A stretch of DNA of 19,118 bases, taken from the NCBI GenBank assembly GCA_046758505.1, contig JBHIAH010000048.1, positions 1 to 19,118 of the forward strand, written 5' to 3'. This stretch comes from Candidatus Methylomirabilales bacterium (GTDB taxonomy: Bacteria; Methylomirabilota; Methylomirabilia; Methylomirabilales; CSP1-5). Positions within the stretch are counted from its first letter, which is position 1. Each line of letters begins with the position of its first letter. Both the position numbers and the translations under genes were made by a program. The notes under the pieces were generated by a model, which saw only the letters and a program-made list of their open reading frames with translations, did no database searches and was not told where the DNA came from. Positions 8,408-18,066 of the stretch are shown here, in pieces.

Positions 8408-8713
8408 ATGATGGTCGTGGGAACGTGTCGGGTGGAGCTCAGAATTCCTCACACCTCTTCCCTGAAGGGAAAGAGGCAGGTCCTCCGCAGCATCAAGGAC
8501 CGCGTGCGGAACCGGTTCAACGTCTCCATCGCCGAGGTGGGGTACCTCGAGGAGTGGCAGCGGGCGACGCTGGCCGTGGCCTGCGTGAGCAACGAAGCCA
8601 AGGTGGTGGATGAGATGCTCAGCAAGGTGGTCGACTGCATTGAAGGGCACGGGCTGGCGCTCCTGGTGGACTATGCCATCGATGTGGTTGTTCACGGCAA
8701 CGGGTTCGCGTGA
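8408..8713 (+). CDS. DUF503 (YlxP) family protein
   Basis: SLKGKRQVLRSIKDRVRNRFNVSIAEV motif; typical position between infB and rbfA. GGAG at 8401 precedes ATG 8408/8411. Confidence 0.9.
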   Translation: MMVVGTCRVELRIPHTSSLKGKRQVLRSIKDRVRNRFNVSIAEVGYLEEWQRATLAVACVSNEAKVVDEMLSKVVDCIEGHGLALLVDYAIDVVVHGNGFA

Positions 8714-8742
8714 ATGGCGGGATCTCGCCGAGGTGTGTCGGG

Positions 8743-9099
8743 ATGTCTCGGGCAGAGCGGGTCGGGGATCTCTTGCAAGAGGAGCTCAGTGAGCTCCTCT
8801 TGCGCGACATCAAGGATCCCCGGATCGGTTTTGTGACCATTACCGGGATTCGGGTCAGCGCCGATCTCCGCCACGCCCGGGTCTACATCGTCACCCACGA
8901 AGCCGGAGAGGGGCAGCAGCGTACCCTGGAGGGGTTGCAGAGTGCCCGCGGCTACCTCCGGGGCGTCCTCGGACGGCGCCTTCACCTCCGCTACGTCCCC
9001 GATCTGAACTTCTGCATCGACGAGACGCTGGAGCAGAGCTTCCGAGTCCAGGAGATCCTCAAGTCCCTGGGGACGGGGGGCGGGACAGATGAGGAGTGA
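8743..9099 (+). CDS. rbfA: Ribosome-binding factor A
   Basis: MSRAERVGDLLQEEL, IKDPRIGFVTIT, DLRHARVY, LRYVPDLNF. GAGGTG RBS precedes ATG 8743. Confidence 0.95.
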   Translation: MSRAERVGDLLQEELSELLLRDIKDPRIGFVTITGIRVSADLRHARVYIVTHEAGEGQQRTLEGLQSARGYLRGVLGRRLHLRYVPDLNFCIDETLEQSFRVQEILKSLGTGGGTDEE

Positions 9100-10087
9100 T
9101 CTCGCGGAGATTGTGGCGACCCTAAAGGGGGCGAGGTCAGTGGCCATCCTTTCGCATATCCGGCCGGAGGGGGATACCCTGGGCTCCGCGCTGGGGTGTT
9201 ATCTTACCCTGCGGGGCATGGGCAAGGAGGTGGCCACCTTTAATCCAGACCCGGTCCCCAAGAACCTCCGCGCCTTGCCGGGTGCGGCCGAGGTGATCCG
9301 TGCGGACCGGCTGCCCCGGCGCTTTGACTGCTATCTCGTTGTGGACGCCACGGATCCCGGGCGCGTGGGTGGGTTGCTCGGCGGGGCGCCGCCGGGAGGG
9401 CCGGTGATCAATATCGACCACCACATCAGCAACACCCACTTTGGAACGTATAACTGGGTGGATCCGAAGGCCGCCGCCGCCGGCGAGATGATTTATTACC
9501 TGATCGCGGAGCTCGGAGTCCCCCTCTCGCGGGAGGTGGCCACCAACCTCTATGTCGCGATCTTGACCGACACCGGCTCCTTTCACTATGCCAACACCAC
9601 CCCGAGGGCCCTTCGGGTGGCGGCGGCGCTGGTCGAGGCCGGCGTGGTTCCTCAGCAGGTGGCGGAGCTCCTGTTCGATCAGCGAGGCGTCGAGGAGCTG
9701 CGTCTCTTGGGAACCCTGCTCACCAAAATTCAGCTCTCTGCTGATGGCGCGGTGGCGTGGATCGAGGTGACGCGGGAGATGCTGGAACAGGACGGGGATG
9801 CCCGGGATGCCCTCGAAGATCTGATCAACTACCCCCGGTCGGTCAAGGGGGTGGAGGTCGCTCTCCTCTTGAGGGAGGAGGGGGGGGAGGGCGTGCGGGT
9901 CAGTCTCCGGTCCAGGGGAAAGGTGGACGTGGCGGCCGTGGCAAAAACGTTTCAGGGCGGGGGACATAAGAACGCTGCCGGGTGTACGGTCGTCGGTTCT
10001 CTTCCCGAAGCCCGGGAACGCATCATTGCGGAGGTTCGTCGCGTATTCGCCGGGGGCGGAGACGAGTGTTCTGATGGGAAGGGCTGA
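9089..10087 (+). CDS. nrnA: DHH/DHHA1 phosphoesterase (NrnA-like oligoribonuclease/pAp phosphatase)
   Basis: HIRPEGD, VVD, NIDHH, ILTDTGSF, SLRS and GGGHKNAAG motifs. Confidence 0.9.
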   Translation: MRSDLAEIVATLKGARSVAILSHIRPEGDTLGSALGCYLTLRGMGKEVATFNPDPVPKNLRALPGAAEVIRADRLPRRFDCYLVVDATDPGRVGGLLGGAPPGGPVINIDHHISNTHFGTYNWVDPKAAAAGEMIYYLIAELGVPLSREVATNLYVAILTDTGSFHYANTTPRALRVAAALVEAGVVPQQVAELLFDQRGVEELRLLGTLLTKIQLSADGAVAWIEVTREMLEQDGDARDALEDLINYPRSVKGVEVALLLREEGGEGVRVSLRSRGKVDVAAVAKTFQGGGHKNAAGCTVVGSLPEARERIIAEVRRVFAGGGDECSDGKG

Positions 10088-11039
10088 AGCCCGAGAGATC
10101 TCCGGGGTTCTCAACGTCGATAAGTCCACGGGGATGACATCCCATGATGTGGTGGATGTCATCCGGCGGTTGTACCATGTCCGAAAGGTCGGGCATACTG
10201 GGACCCTGGATCCCCGGGGGACCGGGGTGCTCCCCATCTGTGTGGGCCGCGCCACAAAGATTGCCCAGTTTTTGACGACCGCCGACAAAGAGTACGAGAT
10301 GGTCGTGCGGCTCGGGGTGAGCACCGATACCCAGGATGCGGATGGCAAGGTCATCGACGAGGCAGAGGTTCGGGTGACCCGGGAGGGGGTGGAAGCGGCC
10401 CTCCGGAATTTCATGGGGGAGGTGCAGCAAGTCCCCCCCCTCTTCTCGGCGAAACGGGTGAAGGGAGAACGCCTGTACAAGATGGCCCGCCGCGGAGAGG
10501 ACGTCCCCCGGGATCCGGTCACAGTCCGGATCTACGGCATCCGCCTGATCTCCTTCGGTCCCCCGCTTGTCGGGCTCTGGGTGCACTGCAGCAAGGGGAC
10601 CTATGCGCGGACGCTCGCCGACGATCTGGGAAAGATGCTCGGCTGTGGGGCGCATCTCCACAGCTTGGTCCGCGTCCGCGCGGGCCGCTTTGAGCTGAAG
10701 GATGCCCTGAGCCTGAATGAACTCACGGCCATGGTGGCGGACGGAAGAGGGGAGGAACCACTCATTCCGGTGGAGGAGGCGCTGGATCACCTCCCCGCAG
10801 CGCGAGTCCTCCCTGAAGCCTCCCGGCTCATCCTGCATGGCTCGCCGGTCACGGCTGCGCAAGTGGTGAGTGTGCCCCCGGAGGTGGGGAAGGGGGCGGT
10901 GGTCCGGGTCCTGGGGTTCAGGCGTCACCTCTTGTCTCTGGCGACTGCCACGGTCGACGCCGCGGATTTCACCCAGGTGGACCCCCGCCGGGTGGTCCTC
11001 ACGCCGGTTCGCGTGTTCAGGTCTGCCCAGAGCCAGTAA
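10074..11039 (+). CDS. truB: tRNA pseudouridine(55) synthase TruB
   Basis: GVLNVDKSTGMTSHDVV, KVGHTGTLDP, QVPPLFSAK, CSKGTYARTL. ATG 10074 chosen as start. Confidence 0.95.
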   Translation: MGRAEAREISGVLNVDKSTGMTSHDVVDVIRRLYHVRKVGHTGTLDPRGTGVLPICVGRATKIAQFLTTADKEYEMVVRLGVSTDTQDADGKVIDEAEVRVTREGVEAALRNFMGEVQQVPPLFSAKRVKGERLYKMARRGEDVPRDPVTVRIYGIRLISFGPPLVGLWVHCSKGTYARTLADDLGKMLGCGAHLHSLVRVRAGRFELKDALSLNELTAMVADGRGEEPLIPVEEALDHLPAARVLPEASRLILHGSPVTAAQVVSVPPEVGKGAVVRVLGFRRHLLSLATATVDAADFTQVDPRRVVLTPVRVFRSAQSQ

Positions 11040-11043
11040 AGGT

Positions 11044-12048
11044 ATGCAGATCATTCGGGACATCGCACACCTGCAAGGGAAATCCTTTCCGCACGTGGCC
11101 GCGGCTGTCGGGACGTTTGATGGGGTCCATGCCGGTCACCAGCGGATCATCCGCACGGTCGTGGAGCGCGCCAGACAGACCGGGGGGACGGGGGCCGCCC
11201 TGACCTTCATCGACCATCCGTTGCGTATCCTGCAGCCGAATCGGGCTCCGAGCCTCATTACCCCCTCCCCCCTCAAGGAACGGCTCCTGAATGGCATGGG
11301 GGTGGACCTGCTGATCGCCGTCCCCTTTACGGCGAGCCTTGCCGGGATGGAGGCGGAAGCCTTCGTGGAGGAGATCCTGTGGAAGGCGCTTCGGGTGGAG
11401 TTTCTCTGTATCGGGTTCGATTTTCACTTCGGCAAGGGTCGGCGGGGCACGTCAGATCTCCTCAAACGGATGGGGGAGGCTCTCGGATTCGCCGTGGAGG
11501 TTGTCCCGCCGATCGCGGTGGAGGGGACCGTCGTCAAGTCGGGCCTGATCCGCGATCTGTTGCATCGGGGGAAGGTGGGCGAGGCCGCGCGGTATCTCAC
11601 CCGCCCGTACGCGATCGCTGGCGAGATCGTCCCCGGCGCGGGTCGAGGGAGGGACTTGGGTTTTTCGACCGCGAATGTGGTCCCCCCTCAGGACTTTCTC
11701 ATTCCCGATGGGGTGTACGCGGGCCGGGCGTATGCCGGTGAGCGAGGGTACGACGCCGCCATTAATGTCGGCGTGGCACCCACGTTCGGGAGGCGGGGCC
11801 GCCGCGTGGAAGTCCACCTCCTCGATGTTGGGGAGGATGGGGTACCCGGGTATGGGCAGGCGGTGTTGGTCACCTTCTGGGAGCGGATCCGGGAGGAGAT
11901 CCGATTTGCCTCTCCGGAAGAGTTGAAGGCCCAGGTGGCGCGGGACATCCGGCGGGCCAGGGAGGTCCTCCGGCAATCCTCGTCGCCGGCTCCGGCAGAT
12001 TGGCCTTTACTCGGGATCGGGTCCTGTGTTAGACTAACGCACGATTGA
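11044..12048 (+). CDS. ribF: Bifunctional riboflavin kinase/FAD synthetase
   Basis: [49 protein letters not shown] 11044 lies just after the truB stop. Confidence 0.95.
   Translation: MQIIRDIAHLQGKSFPHVAAAVGTFDGVHAGHQRIIRTVVERARQTGGTGAALTFIDHPLRILQPNRAPSLITPSPLKERLLNGMGVDLLIAVPFTASLAGMEAEAFVEEILWKALRVEFLCIGFDFHFGKGRRGTSDLLKRMGEALGFAVEVVPPIAVEGTVVKSGLIRDLLHRGKVGEAARYLTRPYAIAGEIVPGAGRGRDLGFSTANVVPPQDFLIPDGVYAGRAYAGERGYDAAINVGVAPTFGRRGRRVEVHLLDVGEDGVPGYGQAVLVTFWERIREEIRFASPEELKAQVARDIRRAREVLRQSSSPAPADWPLLGIGSCVRLTHD
12006..12035 (+). promoter_or_regulatory. Putative internal promoter for rpsO inside the ribF 3' end
   Basis: TTTACT (12006-12011), 18-nt spacer, TAGACT (12030-12035) with an extended -10 TG at 12027-12028. 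Confidence 0.4.
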
Positions 12049-12062
12049 GAAAGGGTGGAGGC

Positions 12063-12332
12063 GTGGCGAAGGATCTTGCCCAAAAACGGGAGCGGATTAA
12101 AGAATTTAACCTGCACGGGCAAGATACCGGCTCGCCAGAGGTCCAGATTGCCCTTCTGAGCACGCGGATTGAGTCTCTCAGCCAGCACCTCACCCTCCAC
12201 AAGAAGGATCACCATTCCCGGATCGGTCTTCTTCGGATGGTCAGCCGCCGACGGAAGCTTCTCAACTATTTGAAGCGTAAGGATGTGGAGCGATACCGGA
12301 AGCTCATCCAGCGACTGGGGATTCGTCGCTAG
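12063..12332 (+). CDS. rpsO: 30S ribosomal protein S15, 89 aa
   Basis: [38 protein letters not shown] 12063 gives the canonical 89-aa length. Confidence 0.97.
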   Translation: MAKDLAQKRERIKEFNLHGQDTGSPEVQIALLSTRIESLSQHLTLHKKDHHSRIGLLRMVSRRRKLLNYLKRKDVERYRKLIQRLGIRR

Positions 12333-12460
12333 GGGGGTCTATAGTCTCCCATCTCAACGGTTCCCCACGGTGTCGTCGCTCTGCCCGCGGCAGATGGCAA
12401 CAACGGGGTCATCTCTCGCGGGCTTTTTTCGTATGAGCTGACAAGGGGGCAGATAAAGCG

Positions 12461-14647
12461 ATGGTTGAACGCCTAGAGATCGAAATTGGAGGGCGACCGT
12501 TTTCCCTGGAGGCGGGCCGGGTGGCCCGCCAGGCAGATGGAGCGGTCTGGGTCCGGTGCGGGGATACGGTGGTCTTGGTGACCGCGGTGGCCGCGAAGCA
12601 CCCGCGGGAAGGGATCGATTTTTTCCCCCTGACGGTGGACTATCAGGAGCGCGCCTATGCTGCTGGCATGATTCCCGGGGGCTTTTTCAAGCGGGAAGGC
12701 CGGCCGCGGGACCAGGAGATCGTGACCGCGCGTCTCATTGACCGGCCCATCCGTCCCCTCTTTCCGAAGGGCTTCCGTCGGGATGTGCAGATCATCGCCA
12801 CGGTTCTCTCCGCCGACCATGAGAACGATCCTGATGTGCTCGCCCTCGTGGGGGCCTCGGCAGCCCTGACCATCTCATCCATCCCCTTCCTGGGACCGAT
12901 CGGCGCCGTTCGGGTCGGCCGGGTGGGGGGGCGGCTGGTTGCAAATCCTACCTACGAGCAGATGGAGGAGTCGGACCTGGACCTGGTGATCGCCGGGACC
13001 AAGGCGGCGGCGATGATGGTGGAGGCGCGGGCCAAACAGGTCCCCGAGGCGGTGATCCTGGAGGCCATTGCCTTTGGCAACGCCGTCATTGCCGACATTG
13101 TGCAGATGCAAGAGACCCTGGCCGCTTTGGTGGGTCGGTCCAAGATCCCCTTCACCTCACCCACGGTGGACCCCGCCCTGCTCGAGCGGGTCTCGGGGCT
13201 CGCCCGCGGACCCATTCGGGGGCTCGCGGCCCTGCATGAAAAGGAGGGCCAGCGGGCCCGGCGCGAAGAGATCGCAGATGAAACCCTGCAGGCCTTCGCC
13301 GGGGAACCGGTCGAGATTCAGGCGCAGGCGAAGGAGCTGCTGGAGAAGATCGAGAAAGAGGAGATGCGGCGCCTGATTCTGGAAGAGGGGCATCGGGCTG
13401 ACGGCCGGTCCCCAGAGGATGTCCGCCCAATCACCTGTGAGGTCGGGGTCCTCCCCCGGACCCACGGCTCTGCCCTCTTTACCCGGGGCGAGACCCAGGC
13501 CCTGGTGACCACCACGTTGGGGACGTCTGAGGATGTCCAACGCCTGGACAGCATCGAGGGAGAGGGGTTCAAACGTTTCACGCTGCACTATAACTTCCCC
13601 CCCTTCAGCGTGGGGGAGGTCCGGTTCCTCCGGGCCCCCGGCCGTCGGGAGATCGGTCACGGGACGTTAGCCGAAAGGGCCCTGCTCTCTGTCCTTCCGA
13701 GTCCTGACGAGTTCCCGTACACTATCCGGATCGTCTCCGAGATTCTCGAGAGTAACGGCTCGTCCTCCATGGCCTCAGTCTGCGGTGCGACGCTAGCCCT
13801 CATGGATGCCGGGGTGCCCATCAAGTCGGCCGTGGGGGGGGTGGCCATGGGGTTGGTGATGGAAGAGGGGAGGTCCGCGATCCTCACCGACATCATGGGC
13901 CTCGAGGACCACCTCGGCGATATGGACCTTAAGGTGGCCGGGACGCGGGAGGGCATTGGGGCGGTTCAGATGGATATGAAGGTCCAGGGGGTGACCGTGG
14001 CCCTGATGGCCGAGGCCTTGGAGCGGGCCCGGCAGGCGCGGCTGCAGGTCCTCGATGTGATGGAAAAAACGTTGGCCCAACCCCGTCCCAACATCTCTGT
14101 CTATGCCCCGCGCCTGCTCACGGTGAAGGTCCCCGTGGACAAAATCCGGGAGGTGATCGGCCCGGGCGGGAAGGTCATCCGGGGGATCATCGAGGAAACC
14201 GGCTGCAAGATCGACATTCGGGATGACGGGACGGTCGAAATCGCTTCGACGGACGAAGCGGCGGCGGAGAAGGCCGTGGCCATCATCAACCGGATCGTCG
14301 AGGTGCCGGAGGTGGGGAAGGTCTACACGGGGAAGGTGAAGCGGGTCGTCGAGTTTGGCGCCTTCGTGGAGATCCTCCCCGGGACCGACGGCCTCCTCCA
14401 CATCTCCCAGATCGCCGAGCATCGTATTCAGCGGGTGCAGGACGTGCTCTCCGAGGGAGATGAGGTGAGCGTCAAGGTGATCGAGATCGACCCGTCGGGG
14501 AAGATCCGCCTGAGTCGGAAGGAGGTCCTGATGGCTCAGGGGGGCGAGGCAGCGGGGGATCGGAAGGAAGGCGGGCCGCCCCGGCGCGCGGATGGGGGGG
14601 GCCGGGGGCAGCGGGATATGCCCCGGGAGCGAGAGAGGAAACGGTAG
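12461..14647 (+). CDS. pnp: Polyribonucleotide nucleotidyltransferase (PNPase)
   Basis: DFFPLTVDYQE, RLIDRPIRPLF, HGSALFTRGETQ, LESNGSSSMAS, EDHLGDMDLKVAG, followed by KH and S1 domains. Confidence 0.98.
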   Translation: MVERLEIEIGGRPFSLEAGRVARQADGAVWVRCGDTVVLVTAVAAKHPREGIDFFPLTVDYQERAYAAGMIPGGFFKREGRPRDQEIVTARLIDRPIRPLFPKGFRRDVQIIATVLSADHENDPDVLALVGASAALTISSIPFLGPIGAVRVGRVGGRLVANPTYEQMEESDLDLVIAGTKAAAMMVEARAKQVPEAVILEAIAFGNAVIADIVQMQETLAALVGRSKIPFTSPTVDPALLERVSGLARGPIRGLAALHEKEGQRARREEIADETLQAFAGEPVEIQAQAKELLEKIEKEEMRRLILEEGHRADGRSPEDVRPITCEVGVLPRTHGSALFTRGETQALVTTTLGTSEDVQRLDSIEGEGFKRFTLHYNFPPFSVGEVRFLRAPGRREIGHGTLAERALLSVLPSPDEFPYTIRIVSEILESNGSSSMASVCGATLALMDAGVPIKSAVGGVAMGLVMEEGRSAILTDIMGLEDHLGDMDLKVAGTREGIGAVQMDMKVQGVTVALMAEALERARQARLQVLDVMEKTLAQPRPNISVYAPRLLTVKVPVDKIREVIGPGGKVIRGIIEETGCKIDIRDDGTVEIASTDEAAAEKAVAIINRIVEVPEVGKVYTGKVKRVVEFGAFVEILPGTDGLLHISQIAEHRIQRVQDVLSEGDEVSVKVIEIDPSGKIRLSRKEVLMAQGGEAAGDRKEGGPPRRADGGGRGQRDMPRERERKR

Positions 14648-14649
14648 CG

Positions 14650-15906
14650 ATGCCTGCCCGTCCCTTTTACCGGAAAGAAGTCCTCGACAACGGCCTCGTC
14701 ATCCTGACCGAGAAGATGCCGGGCGTGCGGTCTGTTTCGATGGGCATCTGGGTCCAGGTGGGCTCGCGAGAGGAGGAGGGGAGTCAGGCGGGGATCTCGC
14801 ATTTCATCGAGCACATGGTCTTCAAGGGAACGGAGAAGCGGAGTGCGGAGGAGATTGCCGCGGCCGTCGATTCCGTGGGGGGAAGTTTGGACGCCTTCAC
14901 GAGTCGGGAGTACACCTGCTTCTCCGCCAAGGTCCTGGGAGAGCATCTGCCGCTGGCCGTGGATCTGCTGGCAGACCTCGTCCTCCACGCCCGCCTCGAC
15001 CCAGCGGACATCGAGAAGGAGCGGGAGGTGGTCCTCCAGGAGATCAAGATGGTGGAAGATGCTCCCGATGATCAGATCCATGACCTCTTCACCCAGACCA
15101 CGTGGGCGGACCATCCCCTGGGGCGCCCCATCCTGGGTTGGCGTGAGACCCTCCGCCGGATCGGACGAGACGAGATCCTGAAGTATATGGACCGCTACTA
15201 CCGGCCCGACCGGGCGATCATTGCGGCCGCGGGTGATCTGGACCATGATGCCCTGGTCGGTCTCCTGACGGCCGCCTTTGGGGGCTGGGGTGGGCGCGCA
15301 GGCCGGGGAACGACCTCCCCCCCCGTGCCGCATGTGACCGCCGTGAATGAAGATCGGGATCTCAGCCAGGTCCACCTGTGCCTGGGCATCGGTGGCCTTG
15401 CGTACGCCCACCGGGACCGCTATACCCTCTCCATCCTCAATACCATTCTGGGGGGTGGGATGAGCTCCCGCCTCTTCCAGGAGATCCGGGAGCGACGAGG
15501 ACTCGTCTACTCAATCTACTCCTATGCGGCCTCGTACCGCGACGGGGGGCTCCTCGTAGTCTATGCCGGAACCAGTAACGACCACTATCAGGAGGTGGTA
15601 GATCTCATTCAGGCCGCGTTTCGGGAGGTTCGGGATCGGCCTGTGGGTTCTGCGGAGTTTCGGCGTGCCAAGGAGCAGCTCAAGGGCAATCTCCTCCTCG
15701 GCCTCGAGAGCACCAGTAGCCGGATGACGCGGCTGGCCAAGATGTACATGTACTTCGACCGGTGCTTCGGATTGGAGGAGATCATCCAGGGCATCGAGGA
15801 GGTGACGCCGGAGCGCCTCCAGCAGCTCACCCGATCCCTCTTTGACGGCGGGGCGTGCACCTTGGCTTCCATCGGCCGCATTCCTCATCCCTCTCCATCG
15901 GCTTGA
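14650..15906 (+). CDS. M16 family (pitrilysin-like) zinc peptidase
   Basis: HFIEH (inverted HXXEH) motif, LGGGMSSRLFQEIRERRGLVY; typical position after pnp. Confidence 0.93.
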   Translation: MPARPFYRKEVLDNGLVILTEKMPGVRSVSMGIWVQVGSREEEGSQAGISHFIEHMVFKGTEKRSAEEIAAAVDSVGGSLDAFTSREYTCFSAKVLGEHLPLAVDLLADLVLHARLDPADIEKEREVVLQEIKMVEDAPDDQIHDLFTQTTWADHPLGRPILGWRETLRRIGRDEILKYMDRYYRPDRAIIAAAGDLDHDALVGLLTAAFGGWGGRAGRGTTSPPVPHVTAVNEDRDLSQVHLCLGIGGLAYAHRDRYTLSILNTILGGGMSSRLFQEIRERRGLVYSIYSYAASYRDGGLLVVYAGTSNDHYQEVVDLIQAAFREVRDRPVGSAEFRRAKEQLKGNLLLGLESTSSRMTRLAKMYMYFDRCFGLEEIIQGIEEVTPERLQQLTRSLFDGGACTLASIGRIPHPSPSA

Positions 15907-15984
15907 CGCCCCGAGGGGTCTTATTCGCACTCGCGCGGATCGCTTCTCTGGGACGATGCTGCCACGTGTGAAAGAGGCTGAGCG

Positions 15985-17277
15985 ATGATTCCCCGCTACA
16001 CCCTCCCCCGCATGGCTGCGATCTGGGAGCTCGAACACCGGTTTCAGGTGTGGCTTCGGATCGAGGTCCTGGCCTGTGAGGCCTGGGCGCAGCTCGGGAC
16101 GATTCCCCGCCGGGCCCTGCAGGCGATTCAGGAGAAAGCCGCCTTTGACGTGGGGCGCATCGAGGAGCTCGAGCGGACGGTCCGGCATGAGGTGGTGGCG
16201 TTTCTCACCGCGGTGGCCGAGCGGGTCGGCGAGCCCAGCCGCTACCTCCACCTCGGCCTGACCTCTTCCGATGTCATGGACACCGCCTTGGCGTTCCAGC
16301 TCCAGGAGGCGGCGGCACTCCTCTCGGAGGATCTCGACGCGCTCCTTGAGGTCCTCAAGACGCTGGCCAGGACCCACAGACAGACCGTGATGGTCGGGCG
16401 GACGCACGGCGTGCACGCCGAGCCGATCACCTTTGGGCTCAAGGTGGCCCGCTGGTACAGCGAAATGCTCCGAAACCGAGATCGACTTGCGCAGGCCACG
16501 GACGCGGTCGGCTATGGCAAGGTCTCGGGCGCGGTCGGGACCTATGCCCATCTCCCTCCCTCCATCGAGGCGTACGTCTGTGAGAGGTTGGGGTTGAAGC
16601 CTGAGCCGATTTCGAGCCAGATCATCCCCCGGGATCGGCATGCCCAGTTTCTCCTGACGCTCGCCACCGTCGGCGCCGGTGTGGAGAACATCGCCACCGA
16701 GATCCGCCATCTGCAGCGGACCGAGGTCTTCGAGGCCGCTGAACCCTTCACCGAAGGGCAGAAGGGTTCCTCCGCCATGCCCCACAAGAAGAATCCGGTG
16801 ATCTGCGAGCAGGTCTCGGGGCTCTGCCGGATCCTTCGGGCAAATGCCATCGCGGCCCTGGAGGATGTTCCGCTCTGGCATGAGCGGGACATCAGCCATT
16901 CCTCGGTGGAGCGCGTTATCCTGCCCGACTCCACCATCCTGCTCGATTACCTGCTCGCCAAGATGCGGGAGGTGTTGGAGGGACTCCAGGTCTACCCCCA
17001 GCATATGGAACAGAACATCCAGCGCACGCAGGGCCTCCTTTTCTCCCAGCGGGTCCTCCTGGCCTTGACCGAGAAGGGGGTGTCCCGGGACGTCGCGCAC
17101 CACCTGGTTCAGCGAAACGCCATGCGAGCATGGGAGGCCGGAGTGGATTTTCAGGCCCTGGTGCTGAAGGACCCGGAACTGTTGCAACACCTCGCGCCAG
17201 ACGAGGTGGCCGCCTGCTTCGATCTGAAGCCGTACCTGGAGCACGTGGACACCATCTTCGCCCGATTGGGGCTGTAG
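15985..17277 (+). CDS. purB: Adenylosuccinate lyase
   Basis: MIPRY, HLGLTSSD, GRTHGVHAEP, GSSAMPHKKNP, WHERDISHSSVER. Confidence 0.98.
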   Translation: MIPRYTLPRMAAIWELEHRFQVWLRIEVLACEAWAQLGTIPRRALQAIQEKAAFDVGRIEELERTVRHEVVAFLTAVAERVGEPSRYLHLGLTSSDVMDTALAFQLQEAAALLSEDLDALLEVLKTLARTHRQTVMVGRTHGVHAEPITFGLKVARWYSEMLRNRDRLAQATDAVGYGKVSGAVGTYAHLPPSIEAYVCERLGLKPEPISSQIIPRDRHAQFLLTLATVGAGVENIATEIRHLQRTEVFEAAEPFTEGQKGSSAMPHKKNPVICEQVSGLCRILRANAIAALEDVPLWHERDISHSSVERVILPDSTILLDYLLAKMREVLEGLQVYPQHMEQNIQRTQGLLFSQRVLLALTEKGVSRDVAHHLVQRNAMRAWEAGVDFQALVLKDPELLQHLAPDEVAACFDLKPYLEHVDTIFARLGL

Positions 17278-17283
17278 AGCGAC

Positions 17284-17991
17284 ATGGAGCGACGAACGAA
17301 GATCTATGAGGGCAAGGCCAAGATCCTGTACGAGACCGACAATCCGGATCTCGTGATCCAGTACTTCAAGGATGAGGCTACGGCCTTTAACGCCGAGAAG
17401 CGGGGGATCATCGAGCACAAAGGGATCTACAACAACCGGATTTCGTCGGTGCTCTTTGCATATCTCAAGGACCAGGGCATCCGGACCCACTTCGTGGCGC
17501 AGCTCTCCGACCGCGAGATGCTCGTGAAGAGGCTCGAGATCATCAAGGTCGAAGTGGTGGTCAGGAATATGAGTGCCGGGAGCCTTGCCAAGCGTCTGGG
17601 GCTGGAAGAGGGGAGACCGCTGCGGGAGCCGGTCCTCGAGTTTTTTTACAAGGAGGATGCCCTGGGCGATCCCATGATCAATGACGACCACATCCGGTTG
17701 CTGAAGCTTGCCACCCCTCCGGAGGTGCGCGCCATCCGCAAGCGGGCCCTCCTGGTAAACGACCTTCTCCGGGCGTTTCTCGATACGCGCGGGATGATCC
17801 TCGTGGATTTCAAGCTCGAGTTCGGGCGCCACCGCGGGCGGCTGCTGCTCGGGGACGAGATTACCCCTGACGGCTGTCGCCTCTGGGACACGCAGACTTT
17901 AGAGAAGATGGATAAGGACCGGTTCCGGAGGGATCTCGGCAAGGTTGAGGAGGCCTATCAGGAGGTCTACCGGCGCATCTGCAGCGAATGA
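17284..17991 (+). CDS. purC: SAICAR synthetase
   Basis: YEGKAK, FKDEATAFN, EVVVRN, LVDFKLEFG, DEITPDGCRLWD, DKDRFRRDLG. Confidence 0.98.
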   Translation: MERRTKIYEGKAKILYETDNPDLVIQYFKDEATAFNAEKRGIIEHKGIYNNRISSVLFAYLKDQGIRTHFVAQLSDREMLVKRLEIIKVEVVVRNMSAGSLAKRLGLEEGRPLREPVLEFFYKEDALGDPMINDDHIRLLKLATPPEVRAIRKRALLVNDLLRAFLDTRGMILVDFKLEFGRHRGRLLLGDEITPDGCRLWDTQTLEKMDKDRFRRDLGKVEEAYQEVYRRICSE

Positions 17992-17992
17992 C

Positions 17993-18058
17993 AGCTGTCA
18001 GCCGTCAGCAGCCAGCAGTCAGCTAGCGCTCTTGGGTAGTTGCTGACCGCTGATAGCT
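17993..18058. repeat. Inverted heptamer repeats (AGCNGTC-type ... GCTGANN)
   Basis: agctgtc agccgtc agcagcc agcagtc at 17993-18020, and gctgacc gctgata gct at 18042-18058. Confidence 0.7.
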
Positions 18059-18066
18059 TGGAAGAA

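Noticed and set aside
9137..11063. Minus-strand ORFs of 461 and 346 aa opposite nrnA/truB
   Set aside because: Antisense shadows of well-supported + strand genes.
15903..15984. TTGACG before purB as a promoter, or a purine riboswitch
   Set aside because: No properly spaced -10 element and no recognisable riboswitch core in this short spacer.
15511..17832. 773-aa minus-strand ORF opposite the peptidase, purB and purC
   Set aside because: Antisense shadow across three conserved genes; no recognisable domain.
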